Sequence record: OY744514.1
Reading direction: 5' to 3' (one strand)
DNA: 32,000 nucleotides
In this document: in pieces, positions 9,911 to 18,869 of the stretch
Numbering within the stretch: position 1 is the first letter of the stretch
Layout of the letters: the number at the start of each line of letters is the position of its first letter
Made by a program: the position numbers and the translations under genes
Notes under the pieces: generated by a model
What the model was told of the DNA's origin: nothing
Seen by the model: the letters and a program-made list of their open reading frames with translations, nothing else
The model's database searches: none

Positions 9911-10725
9911 TCTCATAGCTTCGGCAGGCTCCTTAGTCCCGGCCATTGTCGGCGCAAAAACGCTTTACCAGTGAGCTATTACGCACTCTTTAAAAAATGG
10001 CTGCTTCTAAGCAAATTTCCTGGTTGTTTCAGCATTCTCACATCCTTTTCCACTTAGGAGCCATTTAGGGGCCTTAGCTGATGATCTGGGCTGTTTCCCT
10101 CTTGACAATGAAGCTTATCCCCCACTGTCTCACTGGCACATGGAAAGCAAATCTAATATTCGGAGTTTGCCACGACTTGGTACCGCTTTCGCAGCCCGCA
10201 CCGAAACAGTCGCTCTACCCTTAGATTGCCCATCATTGCCGCTGCGCCTCAACGCATTTCGGGGAGAACCAGCTAGCTCTGAATTCGATTGGAATTTCTC
10301 CGCTAACCACAAGTCATCAGCCGATTTTTCAACACCGGTCTGTACAGCCCTCCACTAAGTGTTACCTAAGCTTCAGCTTGCTCATGGTTAGATCATCCAG
10401 GTTCGGGTCCATAAGAAGTGACTTGCGCCCTATTCAGACTCGCTTTCGCTTAGGCTCCAGATCTTACTCTTTAACCTGCCACTTCCTATAAGTCGCCGGC
10501 TCATTCTTCAACAGGCACGCGGTCAGATTCGAAAAAATCCTCCCACTGCTTGTCAGCTCACGATTTCATGTTCTATTTCACTCCCCTACGGGGGTTCTTT
10601 TCACCTTTCCATCGCTGTACTATTTCGCTATCGGTCTCTCAGGAGTGTTTAGCCTTACGAGGTGGTCCTCGCAGATTCACACGGGATTCCACGTGCCCCA
10701 TGCTACTCGGGATAGACATTTTAGT

Positions 10726-10800
10726 TGCTTCCTTTTGCTCGCTCCGCGCGTAAACAAAGTTTACGCTTTCTTCGAAGGAACGGTTAAAAACTTAAAGAAT
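10726..10800 (-). other. SDR-containing insertion near the 5' end of the LSU gene; candidate ITS (3S/23S-type junction)
   Basis: It lies between the block equivalent to E. coli ..CAGGGTGACAGCCCCGTAC.. (gatggtgaaagtccagtagtc) and ..cccgagtagcatggggcacgtgg... It contains gcttccttttgctcgctccgcgcg, the gtaaac-aaa-gtttac hairpin and the SDR terminus gttaaaaacttaaagaat. Confidence 0.55.
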
Positions 10801-10865
10801 TGAATATGACTACTGGACTTTCACCATCTATGGTGCAGGATTCAGCTGCTTCGTCTTTTTTCTTA

Positions 10866-10920
10866 CTTTCTTTTGCATTGTCATTGATAAAATATAATTT
10901 TATCAATGACGATGCAAGTT
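10866..10920 (-). other. AT-rich perfect-stem hairpin inside the LSU 5' domain; candidate ITS (7S/3S-type junction) or variable helix
   Basis: ttgcattgtcattgataaaatataattttatcaatgacgatgcaa forms a long inverted repeat. It interrupts otherwise conserved LSU sequence about 275 nt from the 5' end. Confidence 0.45.
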
Positions 10921-11204
10921 TGTCTTCCCACAACCCCAATTAAATTGGTTTAGGCTGGTCCCAGTTCGCTCGCCGCTACTACGGGAATCGCTTTTGCTTT
11001 CTTTTCCTCTGGCTACTGAGATGTTTCAGTTCACCAGGTTGCCTCTAATCTATTTATGAATTCATAGATAGTCGGACAGGTTGCCCTATTCAGGAATCTT
11101 TGGATCTATGCATTCTTCCTACTCCCCAAAGCATATCGCTGGTATCGCGCCTTTCATCGTCTCTGAGAGCCTAGGTCTCCGTCGTGAGCCTTCGTTTTTT
11201 TGAC

Positions 11205-11712
11205 CTAACTTTTGCTTGCGCAAAAGCTATGCTTGCGCAAGTCATATGATTTCTATACTTTTGCACTTGCTTCCTCCTTCTTTTGCTTTTCCTCCGGCTT
11301 TTGCTTGCGCAAAAGCTATGCATCTTCGCATGCGGAGCGCAGCGAAGGCAAAAGCTATGCATCTTCGCATGCGGGTCTTCGCTCCGCGAGCGCTAGCGCA
11401 CCGAAGCAGCGAAGGAGCGAAGCACAAGAGCAAAAGCTTTGCATCTTCGCTCCTTCTTCGCTTTGCGAAGAAGCGAAGAAGAAGCTTCCTGTCTTCGCAT
11501 GCGGGTCTTCGCTCCGCGAGCGCTAGCGCACCGAAGCAGCGAAAGAGAGCGCGCAAAAGCTATGCATCTTCCTCCTCTCCTTCGCAGAGCGAAGAGCTAG
11601 CGCACCGAAGGAGAGCTTCCTGTCTTCGCTTCTTCTTCGCAAAGCGAAGAAGCGAAGAAGGAGCGAAGGAGTGCAAGGCGGAGCGAAGGAGCGAAGGAGC
11701 GAAGCAAAAGTA
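11205..11712. repeat. SDR block in the trnI-23S spacer
   Basis: Same motif set (cttgcgcaaaagctatgcttgcgcaag stem-loop, gcatgcgggtcttcgctccgcgagcgctagcgcaccgaagcagcgaa twice). It ends with gcaaaagtaaattaaag. Confidence 0.9.
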
Positions 11713-11838
11713 AATTAAAGAATTTATTATTTAAGTTTTTAATTTATAAAAAAAAAAAGAATTATTATTTCATTTATTATAAGAAATAATTTTTGTTCGT
11801 CAATCTTAGAACGTTAAGAGAAAGTTAAGAGAAAAATG

Positions 11839-11912
11839 TGGACCATGTTGGACTTGAACCAACGACCTCATGCTTATCAAGCATGCGCTCTAACCAGCTG
11901 AGCTAATGGTCC
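11839..11912 (-). tRNA. trnI-GAU: tRNA-Ile (GAU)
   Basis: Reverse complement is ggaccattagctcagctggttagagcgcatgcttgataagcatgaggtcgttggttcaagtccaacatggtcca. It forms a cloverleaf with anticodon loop TTGATAA. Confidence 0.93.
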
Positions 11913-11924
11913 AAGCAATTCTTT

Positions 11925-11995
11925 AATTTACTTTTGCTTTTCCTCCGGCTTTTGCTTGCGCAAAAGCTATGCTTGCGCAAGAGCAAAAGTCAAAG
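11925..11995. repeat. Small SDR module
   Basis: Reads aatttacttttgcttttcctccggcttttgcttgcgcaaaagctatgcttgcgcaagagcaaaagtc. Confidence 0.85.
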
Positions 11996-12011
11996 AAGAG
12001 GAAATAGAAAT

Positions 12012-12070
12012 TTATTTGTTTAAAACAAAGCTTTAAAAATTTGTTTTAAAGCTTTGTTTTAAACAAATAA
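12012..12070. other. Perfect 27-bp inverted repeat (hairpin, 5-nt loop) in the 16S-trnI spacer
   Basis: Left arm ttatttgtttaaaacaaagctttaaaa (12012-12038) is the exact reverse complement of 12044-12070. Confidence 0.9.
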
Positions 12071-12094
12071 AAGATATTATTTAAGTTTTTAATT

Positions 12095-12205
12095 TACTTT
12101 TGCCCTTTCTTCGAAGGAGTGAGTAAATTTTATTTACTTCGCTACTTCGCTTCTTCTTTGCTCCTTCGAAGAAAGAAGGAGCGAAAAAAGAGCGGAGCAG
12201 TTAAA
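12095..12205. repeat. SDR module with internal inverted repeat
   Basis: ctttcttcgaaggag ... ctccttcgaagaaag flank gagtaaattttatttac. The block is bounded by the conserved termini tatttaagtttttaatttacttttgc (12078-12103) and gttaaaaacttaaataat. Confidence 0.85.
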
Positions 12206-12496
12206 AACTTAAATAATAAATTCTTTCTTTTAAAAGGAAAGAAAGTAAAAAAAAAAATTTAAATATTCCAAAAGGAACAAATAAAAAAAGGAGGTTCTCC
12301 ACCCCCACCTTCCAGTAGGGGTACCTTGTTACGACTTAAGATTAATCACAAACCAAACCGTTGGAACCCTCTTCATTTCTGTTAGAGTAAGCCACTTCGG
12401 GTTCAATCTGCTCTCGACCTTTGACGGGCGGTGTGTACAATCTTAGGGAACGTATTCACCGCCGTATAGCTGACCGGCGATTACTAGTGATTCCAA

Positions 12497-12535
<39 letters not shown>

Positions 12536-12736
12536 ATTGAGTTTGCCAGATTCGCTCCCCCTCACGGGTTTGCTGCCGATTGTCTCAACCATTGTATTAC
12601 GTGTGTAGCCCAGGATGTAAGGGGCATGCTGACTTGACGTCATCCTCTCCTTCCTCCGAATTACTCCGGCAGTCTCTTTAGATTATTTAACTAAAGACAA
12701 GGGTTGCGCTCGTTAAAAGACTTAACTCGACACCTC

Positions 12737-13289
12737 CAGCTCCAGATAACCATAGCCAGGTATCTGAAGTGTTTAAACCAAATAAGTTTCCTTATTTGCC
12801 AGACTATACCATAATCTTAATAATGACTTTAAAGTATTAAAATGACTTTAAAATATTAAGATCTCTAGCGTGTAGTCGTTAGAGGATTTGCATAAAAAAC
12901 CATACCATAGAAAGTTAAGGTCTAGTGATGTTTAATTTTCTTGCCATTCCTGGTACTTGAGAAACATAAGGAGTAACTAAGTCCAAGAATTTACCACAAT
13001 CTTTAAAACTTGTAAATAAAATTTACAAGCAACTTCCCTGATAAACATTTTCAATACTGAGGTACTTTAAGGGGAACCTTGGCTCACCTTATCTATTTTG
13101 GTAATTCTCAAACAATAAAAATTAGTTTCTTGTTTACAGAACTGTGTATGCTTTATGCAAGCTTCCCTTGGGATTGTCATAGCAATGATTACTTTTCTTC
13201 AGGAAGATTAAATAGTCATTTGCCTTAGATGTCCCCCAAATTGAGCTAGATGTTAGTTTTATTTCACAACAAAACTCCGCAAGGCACTC
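12737..13289 (-). other. 553-nt intervening sequence in 16S (putative ORF-less group I intron) within GCTCGTGCCGU|GAGGUGUCGAGUUAAGUC
   Basis: The exon sequence is restored exactly when the insert is removed. A 3-nt junction ambiguity allows a U at the 5' exon end and a G at the insert 3' end. The exon CCGU can pair with an intron GCGG 9 nt downstream (P1-like, with a U-G pair). The insert carries the SDR hairpin cttgtaaataaaatttacaag (13009-13029). No ORF of 60 aa or more is confined to the insert; track ORF 13134-13355 runs across the junction into exon sequence. Confidence 0.55.
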
Positions 13290-13449
13290 ACGGCACGAGC
13301 TGACGACAGCCATGCACCACCTGTCACCAAGCTCTCTTTTATTCAAAGAGCACAAACCTATTTCTAAGTTCTTCTTGGGATGTCAAACCCTGGTAAGGTT
13401 CTCCGCGTAGCATCAAATTAAACCACAGAATCCACCACTTGTGCTAAGA

Positions 13450-13486
<37 letters not shown>

Positions 13487-13827
13487 CTCCCCAGGCGGGA
13501 TACTTAACGCGTAAGCTACGGCACTGTTTTTGACAGCACCTAGTATCCATCGTTTACAGCTGTGACTACAAGGGTATCTAATCCTTTTCGCTCCCACAGC
13601 TATCGTCCCTCAGTGTCAGTAACGGCCCAGTAGAGCGCCTTCGCCACCGGTGTTCTTCCTAATCTCTGTGCATTTCACCGCTTAACTAGGAATTCCCTCT
13701 ACCCCTACCGTCCTCTAGCCCTTGAGTTCTCTACTGCCTGTCCAAAGTTGAGCTCTGGGATTTGACAGTAGACTTTAAGAACCACCTACGAACGCTTTAC
13801 GCCCAATCATTCCGGACAACGCTTGCA

Positions 13828-13861
<34 letters not shown>

Positions 13862-14533
13862 CAATAAGTCCTGTGACTTTCATCACAAGATAGACTATAC
13901 CATGTTCTTATATTTTCAGTAATATTATATAAGACTTCAGCAATATTATAAGTTGTCTATTACTTTTAATGTAACACAACCTATCTTGTACTCTGTTATA
14001 AATTCAGTTTTCATAATCAAAGATTAGTCTAAATCTAAGATTAAGATAATGTAGAATTTTATAAACATTTCCTCAGTCGTTTAAGGGTTTCAAAATTACA
14101 TTTTAAATTTACTAACTTTTTCTTCAATCAAAGATTGAAGATTCATCTTCAATAATGGGTTCAGGTTGTTGATCAACCCCAGGTTGATCAACAACTTCCA
14201 TGTCAGAAGGTGCTTGTGTTGGTGTTAAAGTACTTGTTTTAGAAGACGCTTTAGACCCATAGAATTTAGAAAGTTCTCTTTATTCAAGGTTTTATCAATT
14301 TATTTCAACAAAATTGAAGTAAATTGATGGGGTGAACAAACAAACACTAACTTCTACTCGCCAAAAAGTTAGAGTTTTTTTAAAAAGCACTCAGAAACTT
14401 CCCTGTTGATTTCCCGCGCAAAATTTATGCTTGTGCAAGTAAAAGAGCGGTAGAGATCCCAACAAATGAGCTGAATGTTTTTACGAAACTATTTCTAGTT
14501 AAGTGGCCAACTATGAGTGCTATTCATGCTGTT
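13862..14533 (-). other. 672-nt intervening sequence in 16S (putative ORF-less group I intron) within CACCGGCU|AACUCCGUGCCAGCAGCCGCGGUAAUAC
   Basis: The insert sits just 5' of the universal GTGCCAGCAGCCGCGGTAA block. The junction ambiguity (AAC duplicated) allows a 5' exon ending in U and an insert ending in G. The exon GGCU can pair with an intron GGCC (P1-like, with a U-G pair). There is no long ORF. Confidence 0.55.
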
Positions 14534-14649
14534 AGCCGGTGCTTATTCCTTAGATACCGTCGGTTGTCTTCTCTAAGAAAAGGAGTTTACAGACCACGAT
14601 CCGTCTTCCTCCACGCGGTATTGCTCCATCAGGCTTTCGCCCATTGTGG

Positions 14650-14732
<83 letters not shown>

Positions 14733-15054
14733 TGATCGTCGCCTTGGGGAGCCTTTACCTCCACCAACTAGCTAATCAGACGCAAGCCTCTCTCTTGGCA
14801 GTTTTCACTTTTAGCTTCTCAGCACTATGCGGTATTAGCAGCCGTTTCCAGCTGTTATCCCACACCAAAAGGTAAGTTCTTACGCGTTACGCACCCGTCC
14901 GCCACTAGAATAAAATTCAATCTACCCTTCGGGTACCGAAAGCATATTAAATTCCATCTCGTACGACTTGCATGTGTTAAGCATACCGCCAGCGTTCGTC
15001 CTGAGCCAGGATCAAACTCTCCAAAAAATTTTTCTCTTAATTTTGGCTTTCTTT

Positions 15055-15205
15055 CTTCTTCCTTTTGCCCTTTCGCGAAGCGACCGAGCGAGTAAATAAA
15101 ATTTACAAGTTTTGCTCCTTCTTCGCATGCGGGTCTTCGCTCCTTCGCGGAGCGAAGAACGCGCTAGCGCGTCGCTCCGCGAAGAAGCACCGAAGCAGCG
15201 AAGGA
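15055..15205. repeat. SDR block immediately upstream of the 16S 5' end
   Basis: Reads ccttttgccctttcgcgaagcgaccgagcgagtaaataaaatttacaagtt..gcatgcgggtcttcgctccttcgcggagcgaagaacgcgctagcgcg.. Confidence 0.85.
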
Positions 15206-15367
15206 GCGGTTTAAAAAAGTATTAAATCTTATAATATTATAATTAATATAATAATAGCATTTAATATAAAGACAAAATGAGTTTCTGAATCATATAAATA
15301 TTCAGAATGCAGTTGTAATATATTTACTTATATTATATAAGTAAGTATATGTAAGATTGATAATTAT

Positions 15368-15612
15368 TTAATTTACTTTTGCTTTTCGCTCGGCTCTGCC
15401 GAAGCAAAGCAAAAGCTTTGCTTCGGCAGAGCCGAGCGAAGCTTCCTGTCTTCGCTTCTTCGCATGCGGAGCGCAGCGAAGAAGGAGCGAAGGAGCGCGC
15501 GCGAAGCGGTTAAATAATGACGAAGTAATTCTTTGACTTTTGCTTTTCGCTCGGCTCTGCCGAAGCGAAGCAAAAGCTTTGCATCGCTTCGGCAGAGCCG
15601 AGCGAAGCGCAA
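15368..15612. repeat. SDR block with duplicated palindromic unit
   Basis: cttttgcttttcgctcggctctgccgaagc(a/g)aagcaaaagctttgc(a)t..cggcagagccgagcgaagc occurs twice (about 15375-15440 and 15537-15605). Each copy is internally self-complementary. Confidence 0.85.
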
Positions 15613-15713
15613 GTTTAATCAAAGAATGACTAAGAAAAGTATCAATCTTTTTTTGCAAAAGACCAATTTAGCTTTTAATAAGCTTTTGTTTTTTTGAACA
15701 TTCCTAATTTATA

Positions 15714-15741
15714 AATTTATCAAAAAAAATTTTTTTGTCAA
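15714..15741 (-). promoter_or_regulatory. Sigma70/PEP-type promoter candidate facing the rRNA operon
   Basis: The minus strand reads TTGACA (15741-15736), a 16-nt spacer, then TG-a-TAAATT (15722-15714). This is a consensus -35 box plus an extended -10. It lies about 690 nt upstream of the 16S 5' end. Confidence 0.45.
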
Positions 15742-15838
15742 TATTTTTTTTTTCGCTTTGCTTTTTTTGGAATTTATTATTTATTTTAATAATTTATTCT
15801 TTCGCTTCTTTTGCTTCTTTCACTTTGTCAATCATATT

Positions 15839-16008
15839 AAATGAAATGAAATTAATTAATTAATTAATTAATTAATTAAATGAAATGAAATTAATTAAAT
15901 GAAATGAAATGAAATAAAATGAAATTAATTAAATGAAATGAAATGAAATGAAATGAAATGAAATGAAATTAATTAAATGAAATTAATTAAATGAAATTAA
16001 AGAATTTA
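15839..16008. repeat. AT-only compound microsatellite, (ATGAA)n interleaved with (TTAA)n
   Basis: Read directly: runs such as atgaaatgaaatgaaatgaaatgaaatgaaatgaaa and ttaattaattaattaattaattaa. Confidence 0.95.
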
Positions 16009-16009
16009 T

Positions 16010-16315
16010 TTAAGTTTTTAATTTACTTTTGCTCCAGAGGAAGCTCCTTCGCTCTCCTTCTCGCGCTAGCTTCTTCCTTTTGCACGCTTCTTCGCTCGGT
16101 GCTTCTTCTTCGCTTCGCGAAGGAGCGACGCGCTAGCGCGACGCTCCTTCGCGAAGCGAAGAAGAAGCACCGGGCGAAGAAGCGTGCAAAAGCCGGAGCA
16201 AAAGCTATGCAAAGAGAAGCAAAAGCAGTTTTGCTTTACTTCTTTATCTACTTCTTTCTTTACTTCTTTACTTCTAACTTTTGCTTTTCCTCTTGCTCCG
16301 GAGCGCAAGTGGTTC
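16010..16315. repeat. SDR block
   Basis: It starts with the conserved terminus tatttaagtttttaatttacttttgc (16007-16032). It contains cttcgcttcgcgaaggagcgacgcgctagcgcgacgctccttcgcgaagcgaag (a long palindrome) and ends with gagcgcaagtggttcgaac. Confidence 0.9.
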
Positions 16316-16377
16316 GAACTATTATTAATTTATTTAATTAATTTAATTAATTTATTTAAATATTTAAAAAATTAATA

Positions 16378-16405
16378 TTGACAAAAACTTTTTATTTGAT
16401 AAAAT
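16378..16405 (+). promoter_or_regulatory. Sigma70/PEP-type promoter candidate; near-twin of the 15714-15741 box, in divergent orientation
   Basis: TTGACA (16378-16383), a 16-nt spacer, then TG-a-TAAAAT (16397-16405). The spacer is aaaactttttatttga here and aaaaaattttttttga in the minus-strand box (13 of 16 identical). Confidence 0.45.
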
Positions 16406-17603
16406 ACTGGAAGGGGGTTCCGGCGGTCGGTTGCGGTTGGGTTAAGCCTCGTTGTCTTTTGTTGAGTATGCGAACTAAGTGGGGCTCGTGGGCTTCGCTC
16501 CGGGAGTTCGAACAATGGTGTTTCGCCCTCTTACGGATTGCCTTCGCTTCGCTCCGGGAGTTCGAACAATGGTGTTTCGCGGAGCAAGCAGGTTCGCAAA
16601 GCAAAGGAAGTTCCGTTTTATGCTTTACTTCTATTGTTCGAACTCCCGGAGCGCAGCGTAGGAAGTTCCGTTTTACGCTTTACTTCTATTGTTCGAACTA
16701 AGGGCTTTGCTTCTTCTCCGGCTTTTGCTTTTCTTCGCTCCTTCGCTGCTTCGGTGCGCTAGCGCTCGCGGAGCGAAGACCCGCATGCGAAGAACCGGAG
16801 CAAAAGCTATGCATCTTCGCTTTGCGAAGGAGCTTCCTCCGGAGCGCAAGAGGAAGCTTTGCGAAGAAGCGAAGGAGCGAGCAAAGGAAGTTCCGTTTCA
16901 CGCTTTACTTCTAATGGTTCGAACTAAGGGCTTCGCAAAGCGAAGGAGGTGCCGCTTTACTTCTTTACTTTGAGTTCGAACAATGGTTTTGCGGAGCAAA
17001 GGAAGTTTCGCTTTACTTCTTTACTTCTAATGGTTCGAACTAAGGGCTTCGCAAAGCGAAGGAGGTAGCTTTGCGAAGAAGCGAAGGAGCGAGCGAAGGA
17101 AGTTCCATTTCACGCTTTACTTCTAATAGTTCGAACTAAGGGCTTCGCAAAGCGAAGGAGGAAGCTTTGCGAAGAAGCGAAGGAGCAAGCAAAGGAAGTT
17201 CCGCTTTACTTCTTTACTTCAAATGGTTCGCATTACCGAAGCGAAGCGAAGGAAGTTCTGCCCTCTTACGTAATGCCTCTGCTCGCTTTGGGAGTTCGAA
17301 CAAAGCAGGTCCTAACCTCTTACGTAGTGCCTCCGCTGCGCTCCGGGAGTTCGAACTAAGGGCTTCGCTTCTTCGCGAAGGAGCGAGCGAAAGAAGTTCC
17401 GTTTCACGCTTTACTTCTATTGTTCGAACTCCCGGAGCGCAGCGGAGGAAGTTCCGCTTTACTTCTAACTTTGAAATGGTTCGAACTAAACCGGCTTTTG
17501 CTTGCGCAAAAGCTATGCTTGCGCAAGAGCAAAGCTATGCATCTTCCTCCTCGCGCTAGCGCACCGAAGGAGAGCTTCCTGTCTTCGCTTCTTCGCATGC
17601 GGA

Positions 17604-17827
17604 GCGCAGCGAAGAAGGAGCGCAGCGAAGAAGGAGCGCAGCGAAGAAGGAGCGCAGCGAAGAAGGAGCGCAGCGAAGAAGGAGCGCAGCGAAGAAGGAG
17701 CGCAGCGAAGAAGGAGCGCAGCGAAGAAGGAGCGCAGCGAAGAAGGAGCGCAGCGAAGAAGGAGCGCAGCGAAGAAGGAGCGCAGCGAAGAAGGAGCGCA
17801 GCGAAGAAGGAGCGCAGCGAAGAAGGA
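17604..17827. repeat. Perfect tandem array of the 16-bp unit GCGCAGCGAAGAAGGA, x14
   Basis: Counted directly. It produces the 16-aa periodic phantom ORFs on both strands (AAKKERSEEGAQRRRS...). Confidence 0.95.
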
Positions 17828-17877
17828 GCGCAAGTGGTTTGAACTAATAAGTTCCGAAGCGGAGCGTAGGCAGTTAC

Positions 17878-17945
17878 GTTTTACTTCTTTACTTCTTTAC
17901 TTCTTTACTTCTTTACTTCTTTACTTCTTTACTTCTTTACTTCTA
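17878..17945. repeat. Tandem array of the 8-bp unit TTTACTTC, about x8
   Basis: The A residue recurs every 8 nt from 17883 to 17939. Confidence 0.9.
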
Positions 17946-18015
17946 ATGGTTCGAACTACCGAAGCGGAGCGAAGGAAGGTTCGCTTTACTTCTTTACTTT
18001 GAGTTCGAACTAAGA

Positions 18016-18425
18016 TTCCGAAGCGAAGGAAGTTTTACTTTTAACTTTTACTTTTGCTCTTTACTTTTGCTTTTAATTTTTACTTTTGCTTTTAACTTTT
18101 AACTTTTAACTTTTACTTTTGCTTTTAATTTTTACTTTTGCTTTAAACTTTTAACTTTTACTTTTACTTTACTTCTTTACTTCTAACTTTTGCTTTTCCT
18201 CTTGCTCCGGAGGAAGCATAGCTTTTGCGCAAGAGGAAAAGCAAAAGCTATGCATCTTCCTCCTCTCCTTCGCAGAGCGAAGAGCTAGCGCACCGAAGGA
18301 GAGCTTCCTGTCTTCGCTTCTTCTTCGCTTCTTCTTCGCTTCTTCTTCGCTTCTTCTTCGCTTCGCTGCTTCCTCCGGACCGCATGCTTCCTCCGGACCG
18401 CATGCTTCCTCCGGAGAAGCGAAAG
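18016..18425. repeat. Mosaic of degenerate T-rich 8-9-bp repeats, SDR modules and short tandem duplications
   Basis: 18030-18190 holds (ttttaac/ttttact/ttttgc)n. 18305-18360 holds (cttcttcgcttc)x4. 18366-18412 holds cttcctccggaccgcatg x2.5. Confidence 0.85.
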
Positions 18426-18454
18426 TTGAAAAAAAATCAGTAATATTATATAAT
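18426..18454 (+). promoter_or_regulatory. Promoter candidate for atpH
   Basis: TTGAAA (18426-18431), a 17-nt spacer, then TATAAT (18449-18454). The Shine-Dalgarno-like AGGAGG (18490-18495) lies 8 nt before the atpH ATG. Caveat: aaaaaatcagtaa (18431-18443) can pair with ttactgatttttt (18474-18486), which overlaps the box. Confidence 0.5.
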
Positions 18455-18491
18455 AAAATTGGTTGTTATAATTTTACTGATTTTTTACTAG

Positions 18492-18752
<261 letters not shown>

Positions 18753-18776
18753 TTTTATTTTTTTATTATTAACTTA

Positions 18777-18813
18777 TTAATTAACTTGTAAATAAAATTT
18801 ACAAGTTAATTAA
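18777..18813 (+). terminator. 3' stem-loop after atpH (17-bp stem, AAA loop), containing the CTTGTAAAT/ATTTACAAG cassette
   Basis: ttaattaacttgtaaat (18777-18793) is the reverse complement of atttacaagttaattaa (18797-18813). Plastid 3' inverted repeats usually act as mRNA stability or processing elements. Confidence 0.6.
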
Positions 18814-18869
18814 CTTATTAATTAATTAACTTATTATTAACTTATTATAAGCCTTATAATATAATAGGT

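Larger units (their letters stand above)
16496..18015. repeat. Locally amplified repeat family built around the palindrome GTTCGAAC (TTCGAA family), mixed with standard SDRs
   Basis: Units such as ggaagttccgttt(t/c)acgctttacttcta(t/a)t(g/a)gttcgaact(aagggcttcgcaaagcgaaggagg | cccggagcgcagcg) recur. Positions are about 16608, 16660, 16886, 17000, 17098, 17190, 17393, 17447, 17840 and 17945. The reverse orientation ctccgggagttcgaacaatggtgtttcgc sits at about 16498 and 16551. Elsewhere in the window TTCGAA appears only in tRNA T-loops, in two short SDR inverted repeats (10771-10776, 12109-12114/12166-12171), at four unrelated genic sites (164-169, 175-180, 22562-22567, 10528-10533), and in gtggttcgaac at 16311. 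Confidence 0.85.
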
